A DNA stretch of 64,000 nt from Candidatus Eremiobacteria bacterium (GCA_963737065.1 CAVTRC010000001.1:1-64000); one strand, 5' to 3'; positions 43,145 through 52,523 are shown, numbered from the stretch's first letter. Made by a program: numbers and translations. Notes: a model not told the origin generated them from the letters alone.

Positions 43145-44605
43145 ATGACTAGCTCACTGGCGACAGAAAAGAACGTTCCCGTTACGGTAGCATACGGGGA
43201 CGGCATTGGCCCGGAAATCATGGATGCGACGCTTCGCATCATTACCGACGCAGGTGCGGCGCTCGAACTCGAGCCGATCGAAATCGGGGAAGCGGTCTAT
43301 AACCGCGGATTGCAAAGCGGCATAGAACCCAAGTCGTGGGAATCGTTACGCCGTACACGGGTGTTCCTCAAAGCACCGATCACAACGCCGCAGGGCGGCG
43401 GCTTCAAAAGCCTCAACGTAACGGTTCGCAAAACGCTCGGGATGTACGCGAACGTGCGTCCCTGCGCGTCGCTTGCGCCGTACGTGGCGACGAAACATCC
43501 GAACATGGACATCGTCATCGTTCGCGAGAACGAGGAAGACGTTTACGGCGGCATCGAGCACCGCCAAACCAATCAAGTCGCGCAGTGCCTGAAGCTCATC
43601 TCGCGACCAGGCAGCAAACGGATCATTCGATATGCGTTCGAATACGCGCGCGCGAACGGGCGCAGAAAAGTTACGTGCTTCACCAAAGACAACATCATGA
43701 AGATCACGGACGGGCTGTTCCATCGCACCTTCGATGAGATCGCAAAGGAATATCCCGAGCTGGAAAGCGAGCACTGGATCGTCGACATCGGCGCGGCGAA
43801 AATGGCGGATACGCCCGAAGCGTTCGACGTGATCGTCATGCCGAATCTCTATGGCGATGTGCTCTCGGACGTGGCCGCGCAAATTACCGGCTCGGTCGGC
43901 CTCGCCGGCTCCGCAAACATCGGCGATCATTGCTCGATGTTCGAAGCGATTCACGGCTCTGCACCGCGCCGCGCGGGCCAGAACATGGCCAACCCCTCCG
44001 GCTTGCTGCACGGCGCGATGCTCATGCTCGTGCATATCGGTCAAGGCCAGATCGCCGAACGCGTACACAACGGGTGGTTGAAGACGATCGAAGACGGCAT
44101 TCACACGTACGACATCTATAAGGAGGGCGTCTCGAAACAAAAAGTCGGAACGCGCGAATTCGCCGATGCGGTCATCGCCCGCCTCGGGCAGCGTCCGTCG
44201 GAATTGAAGGCGGTCCAATACTCGAACGAAACGCGCATGGATCTTTCGATCCGCGGCGCCGGGCCACGCCCCGAAAAGAAACGCGTCGGCGTTGACGTGT
44301 TCATCGACCAGCCGAACGGGAATCCCGATCGCATCGCGGCTTCCATGCAACAGGTCGCAGTCGACGGTGCGAAGCTTACCGTCATCGCGAATCGCGGCAC
44401 GAAAGTGTGGCCGAACGGCAATCCCGACACGTACTGGAGCGATCACTGGTCGTGCCGGTTCGAGGCTGACAACGGTCGCTTCACGCAAGGTGTGGTCGCG
44501 CAACTCTTATCCGAACTGGACAAGGCGGGTTTCGACGTCATCAAAACCGAGGGACTATTCACCTTCAACGGAGAGCGCGGTTACTCGCTCGCGCAAGGAC
44601 AGTAG
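43145..44605 (+). CDS. icd: NADP-dependent isocitrate dehydrogenase (long C-terminus type)
   Basis: GDGIGPEI, KAPITTP...KSLNVTVRK, VRENEED, KDNIMK, NLYGDVLSD, FEAIHGSAP. Confidence 0.95.
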   Translation: MTSSLATEKNVPVTVAYGDGIGPEIMDATLRIITDAGAALELEPIEIGEAVYNRGLQSGIEPKSWESLRRTRVFLKAPITTPQGGGFKSLNVTVRKTLGMYANVRPCASLAPYVATKHPNMDIVIVRENEEDVYGGIEHRQTNQVAQCLKLISRPGSKRIIRYAFEYARANGRRKVTCFTKDNIMKITDGLFHRTFDEIAKEYPELESEHWIVDIGAAKMADTPEAFDVIVMPNLYGDVLSDVAAQITGSVGLAGSANIGDHCSMFEAIHGSAPRRAGQNMANPSGLLHGAMLMLVHIGQGQIAERVHNGWLKTIEDGIHTYDIYKEGVSKQKVGTREFADAVIARLGQRPSELKAVQYSNETRMDLSIRGAGPRPEKKRVGVDVFIDQPNGNPDRIAASMQQVAVDGAKLTVIANRGTKVWPNGNPDTYWSDHWSCRFEADNGRFTQGVVAQLLSELDKAGFDVIKTEGLFTFNGERGYSLAQGQ

Positions 44606-44619
44606 CGCGGCCTCATAGC

Positions 44620-44648
44620 TAGACAAATAAAGCGAGCGTACTCATAAT
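44620..44648 (+). promoter_or_regulatory. Sigma70-like promoter
   Basis: TAGACA-N17-CATAAT upstream of AAGGAG and ATG 44670. Confidence 0.55.
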
Positions 44649-44669
44649 GCTCAGTAAAGGAGCATTTGC

Positions 44670-45101
44670 ATGGTGCGCTCGCTCGCGTTCGCGTGTGTGG
44701 CGGTCGTTATGCTTGCTTGCTCGTCATTAGCATACGCCGACATTCACGACTCTGCGCCGGCCGACGAATACTTCGGCCCGTTGAGACAAAGCATATTGGA
44801 GATCAGAAACCGCCTCGTCGACTTCGAACGAAAGGCGGACACCGAGCTCGCAGTCGATGGTTCCCTTCGTGCCGTCGACAACGTCGAATTCGCAATCGAA
44901 GACTGGAACCGTCGCTATCCGCGCGATCCGTGGCTTGCGGGGTTCATGGATCGCATCTTGCATGTCTACGGGCGCGCGCACGCGCTCGGCACGCAAGGCG
45001 CGCAGCGCTGCCTTGCGATGCTCGAGCACGGTTTTCCGCGCACGACGCAGGCAAAAGACGCACTCGCGTACGTCGGACTGATGAAAGGCAAAGATCGATG
45101 A
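44670..45101 (+). CDS. Hypothetical secreted protein
   Basis: Signal peptide; APADEYFG...SILEIRN...DWNRRYPRDPW; good RBS. Confidence 0.75.
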   Translation: MVRSLAFACVAVVMLACSSLAYADIHDSAPADEYFGPLRQSILEIRNRLVDFERKADTELAVDGSLRAVDNVEFAIEDWNRRYPRDPWLAGFMDRILHVYGRAHALGTQGAQRCLAMLEHGFPRTTQAKDALAYVGLMKGKDR

Positions 45102-45128
45102 CCTTGCACTCGGTGGACCGCAACTGCG

Positions 45129-45611
45129 CTACACGATGCGCTCGTGCGTCCCGATGCCTTCCGCCTTTCCCGTCATCGCTTTACGCGCAAAGCCGGCCAG
45201 CAACGCGAGCGCGTTCTGTGTAACGTCCCAATACTCGGCCCGGTCGATCTGCACGCACAAGAGACGCAAATCGGGGTCGTCCAGTCCTTTGGGAAACCAT
45301 GCCGAAAGTTGCGGATCCCAGAGGTGACTCATCTTCTCGCGATCGTTGCTGACGCTCGCGGTTCCGGCGATCGAAATGAAGATCGAGCGTTTCGCGTCGA
45401 CATAACTGACGTTGACGCGGCAGTTCTCTTCGGATTCATACGCGGCGCTGGCGGTCTCGCTCGTAAAAAACCAAACGGTTCCGTCGTCTTGTACGCGTTC
45501 GACCATCATTGGACGGCTGTGCAACGTGCCGCCTTCGCCGACCGAGGTGAGCATCGCGATCTCTACGGAGTCGATCATGGAGTTGAGGCGTTCGACGGCG
45601 TCGCTGTTCAT
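45129..45611 (-). CDS. Pyridoxamine 5'-phosphate oxidase-like general stress protein (YdaG-like)
   Basis: AMLTS...LHSRPM...VWFFT...AWFPKGLDDP...AEYWD. Confidence 0.9.
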   Translation of the reverse strand: MNSDAVERLNSMIDSVEIAMLTSVGEGGTLHSRPMMVERVQDDGTVWFFTSETASAAYESEENCRVNVSYVDAKRSIFISIAGTASVSNDREKMSHLWDPQLSAWFPKGLDDPDLRLLCVQIDRAEYWDVTQNALALLAGFARKAMTGKAEGIGTHERIV

Positions 45612-45689
45612 GCCGACGTTCGTACCCACGCCGAAGTCCAAAAAACACCGGAGCCGCGGTTCGTTCGCGTGCTGCGCGTGGCCGCACCG

Positions 45690-46307
45690 TCACGGGGCGG
45701 AATCGAGATGACGAATATCGTCGAGCGTGATTAGCCTCACTTCCTGCGCAGTGATGGCAATTTTCGTGATCGATGCTTGCGAGAAGGTAACGCTGACGCC
45801 CTCGCTTGGGCCGTCGGCGATGTTCGAACCGAGCACGTCGAGCACCGCATGCAGCACACCCGCATGCGTCACGATTAGGACGTCGTCGTACGACGCCCGG
45901 CGCAAATCGTCGAGAAACGACTGCACGCGCACGCGCACATCGTGAAAGCGTTCGCCACCTTCAGGCTGATAGAGCTTTGCGGCGGTTGCGCCGTGGTCCG
46001 CACACTCCGGCCACCGTCCGATGATTTCTGCCCACGTCAATCCCTCCCATTCGCCGAAGTCGAATTCGCGGATGCGGGGATCGATGTTCACCTGGAGTCG
46101 GTGGGGATCCGCAATGATCCGCGCCGTTTCGGTTGCGCGCTGCAAATCGCTCGCGTAGACCGCATCGAACGGATCGTCGCGCAGCGCACGGCAAAGTGCA
46201 CGCGCTTGCGCGCGTCCCTCTTCGGAGAGCGCAACGTCCGTGCGGCCCTGGTAGCGGTGCGAAGCGTTCCATTCCGTCGCGCCGTGGCGCACGAAGACAA
46301 TTTCTAT
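45690..46307 (-). CDS. Histidine phosphatase family protein (start uncertain)
   Basis: IEIVFVRHGATEWN...YQG, YASDLQRA, REFDFGEWEG, IVTHAG. Confidence 0.88.
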   Translation of the reverse strand: MEIVFVRHGATEWNASHRYQGRTDVALSEEGRAQARALCRALRDDPFDAVYASDLQRATETARIIADPHRLQVNIDPRIREFDFGEWEGLTWAEIIGRWPECADHGATAAKLYQPEGGERFHDVRVRVQSFLDDLRRASYDDVLIVTHAGVLHAVLDVLGSNIADGPSEGVSVTFSQASITKIAITAQEVRLITLDDIRHLDSAP

Positions 46308-46326
46308 CGCTAGGTCCTCTCACACG

Positions 46327-46953
46327 TTATAGTGCTTGCCGCGTCGCGTCGGTGACGAGTGTGCCGAGATGGCCGTCGACGCACTCGTCGAGTACGCGCC
46401 ACGCGCCGTTGTCCACTTCGAAGCGCGCGTACGCGCCGTTACGCACGCGCGGCTCCCAGAAATCGCAAAGCGGACGCCCCGCCGCAGCGAGTAGCGCGAG
46501 ACGCACGAGCACGTCGTGCGTGACCACGGCGATACCATCGCCGCCGCCGATGCTGCGAGCAAACGCGCGCCATCGTTCCATTACGTTCTCAAGCGACTCG
46601 CCGCCGTGAAAGTGCACGCGTTCGGGCGTTTCGCGCCACGCGCGTATCGCGTCCGGATCGTTGCGCTCGATCTCGGCGCGCAGCCGGCCTTCCCATGTTC
46701 CGTGCGAGATCTCGATCAAGCGCCGATCGATCTGCACGTCGAGTCCTAGATGCGCCGCTAATGGACTCGCCGAATCGACACAGCGCGCGAGCGGGCTCGA
46801 AATGACGGCTGCAATCGGCGCATCGCCAAGCGCGCGTGCAAGCGCCTGCGCCTGTTCTTGTCCGGTCTGCGTCAAATGCGATTCACGCTGCCCCTGATAG
46901 CGCGCTTCCCGATTCCAATCGGTCTCGCCGTGACGCGCAACATAAATGAACAT
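46327..46953 (-). CDS. Histidine phosphatase, probable metal-independent phosphoserine phosphatase (PspA-type)
   Basis: RHGETDWN...RYQG, SSPLAR, EISHGTWEG, VTHD, C-terminal QAL; directly downstream of serA. Confidence 0.85.
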   Translation of the reverse strand: MFIYVARHGETDWNREARYQGQRESHLTQTGQEQAQALARALGDAPIAAVISSPLARCVDSASPLAAHLGLDVQIDRRLIEISHGTWEGRLRAEIERNDPDAIRAWRETPERVHFHGGESLENVMERWRAFARSIGGGDGIAVVTHDVLVRLALLAAAGRPLCDFWEPRVRNGAYARFEVDNGAWRVLDECVDGHLGTLVTDATRQAL

Positions 46954-47037
46954 CTTTAGTCCTGAGCTTGTCGAAGGGACATCTTTAGCCCTGAGCTTGT
47001 CGAAGGGCCATCTTCAGCTCTGCGCGTGTCGAAGCGT
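46951..47037. repeat. Three tandem 29-bp units with a CCTGAGCTTGTCGAAGGG REP-like core
   Basis: CATCTTTAGTCCTGAGCTTGTCGAAGGGA / CATCTTTAGCCCTGAGCTTGTCGAAGGGC / CATCTTCAGCTCTGCGCGTGTCGAAGCGT. Confidence 0.92.
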
Positions 47038-48632
47038 CATACGATCGCGAGCCGCACCGACGCAATCCCCTCGACGCGCGCGATCGCATCGAGCACCGTG
47101 CGTTCGACGTCGCGATCGACCTCCAGCACCATCATTGCCTCACCGCCGGGTTCGCCGCGCGCGACTTGCATGGTGGAGATATTGACGTCCGCGTTTCCTA
47201 AGATCGTTCCGATTCGCCCGACCATGCCGGGCACGTCGCGGTGACGCGTCACAAGCATCGCGCCCGAGGGAACCGCATCGACTTCAAAGCCGTCGATCTC
47301 CACGATGCGCGGACCGTGAGGCAGCACCGTGCCGACGACCCGGTGATCATCGGCGGCAACGACGAGCGAAGCGCGAAACGGCGAACTGCTTCCTTCGCGC
47401 GCAACCGTCGCGCGCACGCCGATGTCGCGGGCGATCGCATTCGCATTGACGAGCGTAACGCGCCGATCGGTCATAAACGGTAAAACGCCGGCAAGGAGCG
47501 CCGCAAGAAACGGATCGGCGTCGAGTGCCTCGAGTTCTCCTTGTAAGACGATCGCGAGTTCATCGCGCATCGACGCGTCGAAGAGTTGGGGCAGCAACAC
47601 GCCTAACCGGTACGCGAGATCGACGAAGCCGCCCGCGCGCTCGGCGTCAGCACCCGTGAGGCTCGGCGCGTTGACCGCACCGGTGGCCGGACGCCCGCCC
47701 AGTACGTGCACGACGTCGCGCGCGAGCTCGATCGCGATGCGCTCGAGCGCCTCGTACGTCGATCCGCCTAGGTGCGGCGTCGCAATGACGCGTTCGTGCA
47801 TCATCAGCTTGCGTGACGCCGATTCCGGCGGAGGCGGTTCCTCGGGAAACACGTCGATCGCAACCGCGCGCAGATGTCCGCGTTCGAGCGCGGCGAGCAA
47901 CGCGACGCCGTCGACCACGGCGCCCCGTGCGCAATTGACGAGCACGGCATCGGCGCGCATCAGCGCGACGGCGCGCGCATCGATCATGCAGCGCGTCTGC
48001 GAAGTAAGCGGAACATGGAGCGTCACGATATCGGCGCGCGCGAGCAACTCGTCGAATTCGATCAGCTCGACGCCGAGCGCGTTTGCACGCGATGCCGGAA
48101 CGAACGGATCGAAGGCGAGCAACGTCATGCCGAACGCCGCGGCGCGAGACGCGATGTTGCTGCCGATGCGTCCGAGACCGACGATTCCGAGCGTCTTCCC
48201 GTGCAATTCGTATCCCACGAACGGCTTGCGGTCCCATATGCCGCCGTGCACGCTCGCATGCGCCTGCGGAACGTTGCGCATGGCGGCAAGCATCAACGCA
48301 AACGTTTGTTCCGTTGCCGCGAGCGTGTTCGCAGCCGGCGTATTGACGACGACGATTCCGGCCGCTGTCGCCGCGTCGACGTCAATCGCATCAACGCCCA
48401 CGCCGGCGCGCGCGACCACTTCAAGCAGCGGCGCCGACTGCAGCAGCGTTGCATCGACGCGCGTCTCCGAGCGAACGATCAACCCGCGCGCATCGCGCAA
48501 GGCCGCGTGGAGTTCGTGCGCCGGTTTTCCAACGACGGAAACGACTTCGGCACCGGCGTTACGCAGCAGTGCAAGTCCGCGCTCGTCGAACGGTTCAGCG
48601 ACCACGACGCGTCCAAGCGGTGATTCAACCAT
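47037..48632 (-). CDS. serA: D-3-phosphoglycerate dehydrogenase with C-terminal ACT domain
   Basis: IVRSETRV, ARAGVGVD, GIVGLGRIG, NCARG, TPHLGGST, HRDVPGMVGRIG. Confidence 0.95.
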   Translation of the reverse strand: MVESPLGRVVVAEPFDERGLALLRNAGAEVVSVVGKPAHELHAALRDARGLIVRSETRVDATLLQSAPLLEVVARAGVGVDAIDVDAATAAGIVVVNTPAANTLAATEQTFALMLAAMRNVPQAHASVHGGIWDRKPFVGYELHGKTLGIVGLGRIGSNIASRAAAFGMTLLAFDPFVPASRANALGVELIEFDELLARADIVTLHVPLTSQTRCMIDARAVALMRADAVLVNCARGAVVDGVALLAALERGHLRAVAIDVFPEEPPPPESASRKLMMHERVIATPHLGGSTYEALERIAIELARDVVHVLGGRPATGAVNAPSLTGADAERAGGFVDLAYRLGVLLPQLFDASMRDELAIVLQGELEALDADPFLAALLAGVLPFMTDRRVTLVNANAIARDIGVRATVAREGSSSPFRASLVVAADDHRVVGTVLPHGPRIVEIDGFEVDAVPSGAMLVTRHRDVPGMVGRIGTILGNADVNISTMQVARGEPGGEAMMVLEVDRDVERTVLDAIARVEGIASVRLAIV

Positions 48633-48683
48633 GGGCGCAGGTTCGCCCGAGGGCCTATCCTCTCTTGCGTCGTAGCAGCGAGT

Positions 48684-49568
48684 ATGTCCAAGAACGGTGA
48701 CGTGCGCCTTGCCGTGCGAAAGATGTACAAACTGTACATCAACGGCGCGTTCGTGCGATCGGAATCCGGACGCAGCGAACCGCTCTGGGACGGAAAAGAG
48801 TTCGGAGCGAACGTCGCGCGAGCGTCGCGTAAAGACGCACGCGATGCCGTCGTCGCGGCGCGTGCCGCACAAGCGAAGTGGTGGAACACGCCGCCGGGAA
48901 CGCGCGGATTGATTCTCTACCGGCTTGCCGAGATGATGGAAGCGCGGCGCGCGGAACTCTTGGAACGCGTGCGCGAAGGCCTGGATCTTTCCGCCGGTCA
49001 GGCCGAACGCGAAGTCACCGCATCGATCGACCGCACGGTATGGTACGCCGGGTGGTGCGATAAGTACAACGCGCTGCTTTCAACGCGCAATCCGGTCAGC
49101 GGTCCGCACTTCAATTTTTCGACGGCCGAGCCGATGGGCGTCGTCGCCGTTCTGGCGCCCGATCGTCCCGCGTTACTTGGCCTCGTTTCCGCCGTTCTTC
49201 CGCCGATCGTCGCGGGGAACACCGTCATTGTGCTCGCTTCCGAACTCGATCCCCGTACGGCGGTCGTGTTTGCCGAAGCCCTCGCAACGTGCGATCTTCC
49301 GGCGGGCGTCGCAAACGTCTTGACCGGCTATCGCAACGAAATCGCGCCGGTGCTCGCAAAGCACATGGACGTGAACGCAATCGCATTCGAGAGCGGCGAT
49401 GCGGCCTTGCGTGAATCGATCGAGCGCGAATCCGCCGAAAATGTCAAGCGCGTTCGTCTCTATCCGATGCGCACGCGCGACGAGTGGTACAGCGCGGCGG
49501 TGCAAAGCCTCGACGAGATCGCAGCGTACTGTGAAATAAAAACGATCTGGCATCCCGCCGGGGTATGA
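48684..49568 (+). CDS. Short aldehyde-dehydrogenase-family protein lacking the catalytic domain
   Basis: RLAVRKMYKLYINGAFVRSESGR, WYAGWCDK, EPMGVV; no ELGGK or catalytic Cys region; ends EIKTIWHP. Confidence 0.88.
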   Translation: MSKNGDVRLAVRKMYKLYINGAFVRSESGRSEPLWDGKEFGANVARASRKDARDAVVAARAAQAKWWNTPPGTRGLILYRLAEMMEARRAELLERVREGLDLSAGQAEREVTASIDRTVWYAGWCDKYNALLSTRNPVSGPHFNFSTAEPMGVVAVLAPDRPALLGLVSAVLPPIVAGNTVIVLASELDPRTAVVFAEALATCDLPAGVANVLTGYRNEIAPVLAKHMDVNAIAFESGDAALRESIERESAENVKRVRLYPMRTRDEWYSAAVQSLDEIAAYCEIKTIWHPAGV

Positions 49569-50125
49569 TCGACGACGTCCTTCTCTGGTGCCGCCGGCTA
49601 TGGGAGCGGCGGCTCGTCATGGGCACATCGGGGAATGTCAGCGTACGGCTCGATGACGGCGACCTGCTCGTTACACCGTCGCAGCGCGGCCTCGGGTATT
49701 TGGACGCGACCGATATCGTGCGCGTTGACTGCGACGGCCGGGCTCGCGACCCATCGCAGCGGCCGACAAGTGAATTGCCGCTGCACCTCGCGGCGTATCG
49801 CGGCCGCCCGGACGTGCGCGCGGTCGTCCACACCCATCCGACGATGTCGGTGGTGTGGTCAAAGACGGGCGTATTGTTTCCACGCGACACCGTCGGGGCG
49901 CGCGAGTCACTTGGGACGTGCGCGTGGACCCCGTATCGCCCGAACGGAACCCAAGCGCTAGCCGACCTGTGCGCAGCGGAGTTCGAACGAGGCATAAACC
50001 TCGTCATCATGGAGCGACATGGGGTCACCGCGATCGCGCCGACGCTCGAGGAGGCGTTCATGCAGACGGAGCTCGCCGAAGAAGCCGCGCGAATCGCGTA
50101 CTTTTCGCAAGGGAGTGCCTTCTAG
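49565..50125 (+). CDS. Class II aldolase/adducin family protein
   Basis: TSGNVSVR, TPS, PTSELPLH, VVHTH, RHG. Confidence 0.9.
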   Translation: MIDDVLLWCRRLWERRLVMGTSGNVSVRLDDGDLLVTPSQRGLGYLDATDIVRVDCDGRARDPSQRPTSELPLHLAAYRGRPDVRAVVHTHPTMSVVWSKTGVLFPRDTVGARESLGTCAWTPYRPNGTQALADLCAAEFERGINLVIMERHGVTAIAPTLEEAFMQTELAEEAARIAYFSQGSAF

Positions 50126-50147
50126 GATTGGAGAACGGCGTCGTTAC

Positions 50148-50948
50148 GTGAGTTACCGGGTGCCGATGCATCAGCGTCTTTCAAACGCGCTGAGCTATAA
50201 CGAGTTCAAGGTCTACTATCAACCCGTTGTCGATCTTCCAACGGGCTGCGTCGTCGGCGCCGAAGCGCTTTGCCGGTGGCCGACACGCGAAGGCAATTTC
50301 ACGCCGCCTGAAACCTTTATCACGCAGGCCGAAACGTCCGGATTCATCGTGCAGCTCGGCGACTGGGTATTGAAAACCGCCGTCGAGCAAGTCCGTTCGT
50401 GGCAGCAGCGATTTGCGATCGACTTGCACCTGGCGGTGAACCTCTCCGGGCGTCAGTTCCTACACCATAATTTGATGAAGTCAATCGAAGACGCGATTCA
50501 AAAGAGCCGCTACGCCGCTCGTCTCCTCGAGTTCGAGATCACCGAAAGCGTCGCGATGCACAACGCGGAGGATTCGATCGGCATCATGCGCCAGCTCAAA
50601 GCCCGGGGCATGTCACTTGCGCTCGACGACTTCGGCACGGGATATTCATCGCTCGCCTATCTCAAACGCTTTCCGATCGACAAACTGAAGATCGATAAGA
50701 CGTTCGTGCGCGACATACCCGAAGATCACAACGATCTCGCGATCGTCTCGGCCATTATCGCTATGGCGCACGCGCTCGGACTCAAAGTGCAGGCCGAAGG
50801 CGTTGAAACGCACGCGCAAGCCGAATTTTTGCGCGATTGCGGGTGTGAACTCGCGCAGGGATATCTGTTCGGACGCGCGATTCCGCCCGATGAATTTGAA
50901 GTGATGCTCACGCAATCCGACCCTTCCGCGAAGCTCGCCTCTTCGTAG
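50148..50948 (+). CDS. Stand-alone EAL-domain phosphodiesterase
   Basis: YYQP, AEALCRW, AVNLS, EITES, LDDFGTGYSS, KIDK, AEGVE, QGY. Confidence 0.92.
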   Translation: MSYRVPMHQRLSNALSYNEFKVYYQPVVDLPTGCVVGAEALCRWPTREGNFTPPETFITQAETSGFIVQLGDWVLKTAVEQVRSWQQRFAIDLHLAVNLSGRQFLHHNLMKSIEDAIQKSRYAARLLEFEITESVAMHNAEDSIGIMRQLKARGMSLALDDFGTGYSSLAYLKRFPIDKLKIDKTFVRDIPEDHNDLAIVSAIIAMAHALGLKVQAEGVETHAQAEFLRDCGCELAQGYLFGRAIPPDEFEVMLTQSDPSAKLASS

Positions 50949-51120
50949 GACTTCGGTCGTGAACTAACAAATCAACACCGCCGCGTTATGGGGCCCCTGG
51001 CGGGCGCGCAGGTGCCAACGCACCGAAGTGCCTGTTCAATCAACGGGGTTCCCAAATTGTGCGAAGCACGAGTACGGGCTGGAGGCCCGTACAAAATTCG
51101 GGAGCACACGACGTGCGGTC
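50949..51120 (-). ncRNA. ssrS: Probable 6S RNA
   Basis: About 170 nt, closed by GTCGTGTGCT/AGTTCACGAC; internal TTTGGGAACCCC...GGCACCTGC...GGGGCCCC recalls Firmicute 6S; cUUCGg tetraloop supports the minus strand. Confidence 0.55.
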
Positions 51121-51143
51121 GCGCGTAGCGCGATCGGAATGAT

Positions 51144-51231
51144 GGAGAGGTGGTCGAGCGGTTGAAGGCACTCGCTTGGAAAGCGAGCAGACGTGATAAG
51201 CGTCTCGAGGGTTCGAATCCCTCCCTCTCCG
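51144..51231 (+). tRNA. tRNA-Ser(GGA)
   Basis: GGAGAGGTGGTCGAGCGGTTGAAGGC; CTCGC-TTGGAAA-GCGAG; long variable arm; GGTTCGAATCC. Confidence 0.96.
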
Positions 51232-51241
51232 GATCTACACT

Positions 51242-52405
51242 ATGCGAATATCGATTCTCGATCGCTACATCGTCTCCGCAATGATCCCGCCTTTCCTCTT
51301 CGGAATCGCGGCATTTCTGATTTTCTGGGCGTTCAACATCTTCTTCATCGCGTCCGACTTCATCATCAATCAGCACGCGCCGGTGCTGTTGGTGCTGCGT
51401 TTCGTTATCTACCGGATGCCGCAATGTACGCCGATGGCGTTTCCGTTTGGGTCGCTGCTCGCCGGACTTTGGGCGATGGGGCAGTTCGTGGGGAACAACG
51501 AAATCACCGCAATGCGCGCCGCCGGCATTTCGGTGTGGCGCATTGCAGTTGGGCCCGTGGTCTTCGGCATCGTAGCGGCGGTCGCGTGTTATTTCATCAA
51601 TGAAACGATCGCTCCACAGGCGGTCGACATTTCGACGCGCAGCTTCTACCAAATCGTCTATCATGCCGACGCGCTGCCGGCCGAGCAGCAAATCTTTCGC
51701 AAAGACACCGCGACGGATACGGTCTATTACGTCACGCAGGTGATGCCCGATAACACGACGCTCACCGGCGTGCAGATTTTCAAGGCGGCGCGAATGCAGC
51801 CGTGGAGCGAAACGCTGCAAGCGAAAACCGCCACGTTGAGCAACGGCTTTATGACGTTGCGCGCTCCGGTGATCTCGCGTTACGACGCGAAAGGCAACGT
51901 CACAAAGCAGAAAACGGGCAAAGATGTCACCGTGCCGCTGCCCAGCGGTGAGACGGCGAAAGAATTCCTAAGCAGCGTGAACTCCGATTCGTGGACGATG
52001 TCGAGCGGGCGATTGCGCCAGCAGATCGACGCGCTGCAGTCGCAGGGCATCGGTGGAACGGCGCTCGGCGTACTGCGCGTCAACCTTGCGAACAAGACTG
52101 CGTGGCCGTTTGCCTGCATCGTCGGCATCTTTCTTTCGGTGCCGCTTGCCATACGTTACGGTCATCGCGGACGGTTTGCCGGAATCGGTCTCTCGATCTT
52201 CGCGCTCTTCATCTACTATCTCATGGTCTCCGCCGCGTCGTCGTTTGGACGCACGGGCTTCATTGATGCGACGCTCTCGTGCTGGTTGCCGAATATCATC
52301 ATTAGCGTTGCGACGTTCGCATTGATGTGGACCGAGGAGCCGCTCATCTCGCTGCGTCCCCGCACCGTAATGCTACGGCGTGCCTCACGACCCGTTGAAC
52401 AATAG
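51242..52405 (+). CDS. LptF/LptG-family permease
   Basis: ILDRYI, NNEITAMRAAGIS, 3 TM + periplasmic domain + 3 TM, WLPNII. Confidence 0.9.
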   Translation: MRISILDRYIVSAMIPPFLFGIAAFLIFWAFNIFFIASDFIINQHAPVLLVLRFVIYRMPQCTPMAFPFGSLLAGLWAMGQFVGNNEITAMRAAGISVWRIAVGPVVFGIVAAVACYFINETIAPQAVDISTRSFYQIVYHADALPAEQQIFRKDTATDTVYYVTQVMPDNTTLTGVQIFKAARMQPWSETLQAKTATLSNGFMTLRAPVISRYDAKGNVTKQKTGKDVTVPLPSGETAKEFLSSVNSDSWTMSSGRLRQQIDALQSQGIGGTALGVLRVNLANKTAWPFACIVGIFLSVPLAIRYGHRGRFAGIGLSIFALFIYYLMVSAASSFGRTGFIDATLSCWLPNIIISVATFALMWTEEPLISLRPRTVMLRRASRPVEQ

Positions 52406-52523
52406 CGACCGGTCGACGCTGTTGTTCTCCTTCATACACAACGCATAGCGATCGACTTCAGCGGGTAACACGCGGACACAATTCGCTATTATCGCCAAGC
52501 CGTTCGGCTATTGGAGTGTTGCA

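Noticed and set aside
46951..47037. CRISPR array
   Set aside because: The 29-bp units abut with no spacers and there are no cas genes.
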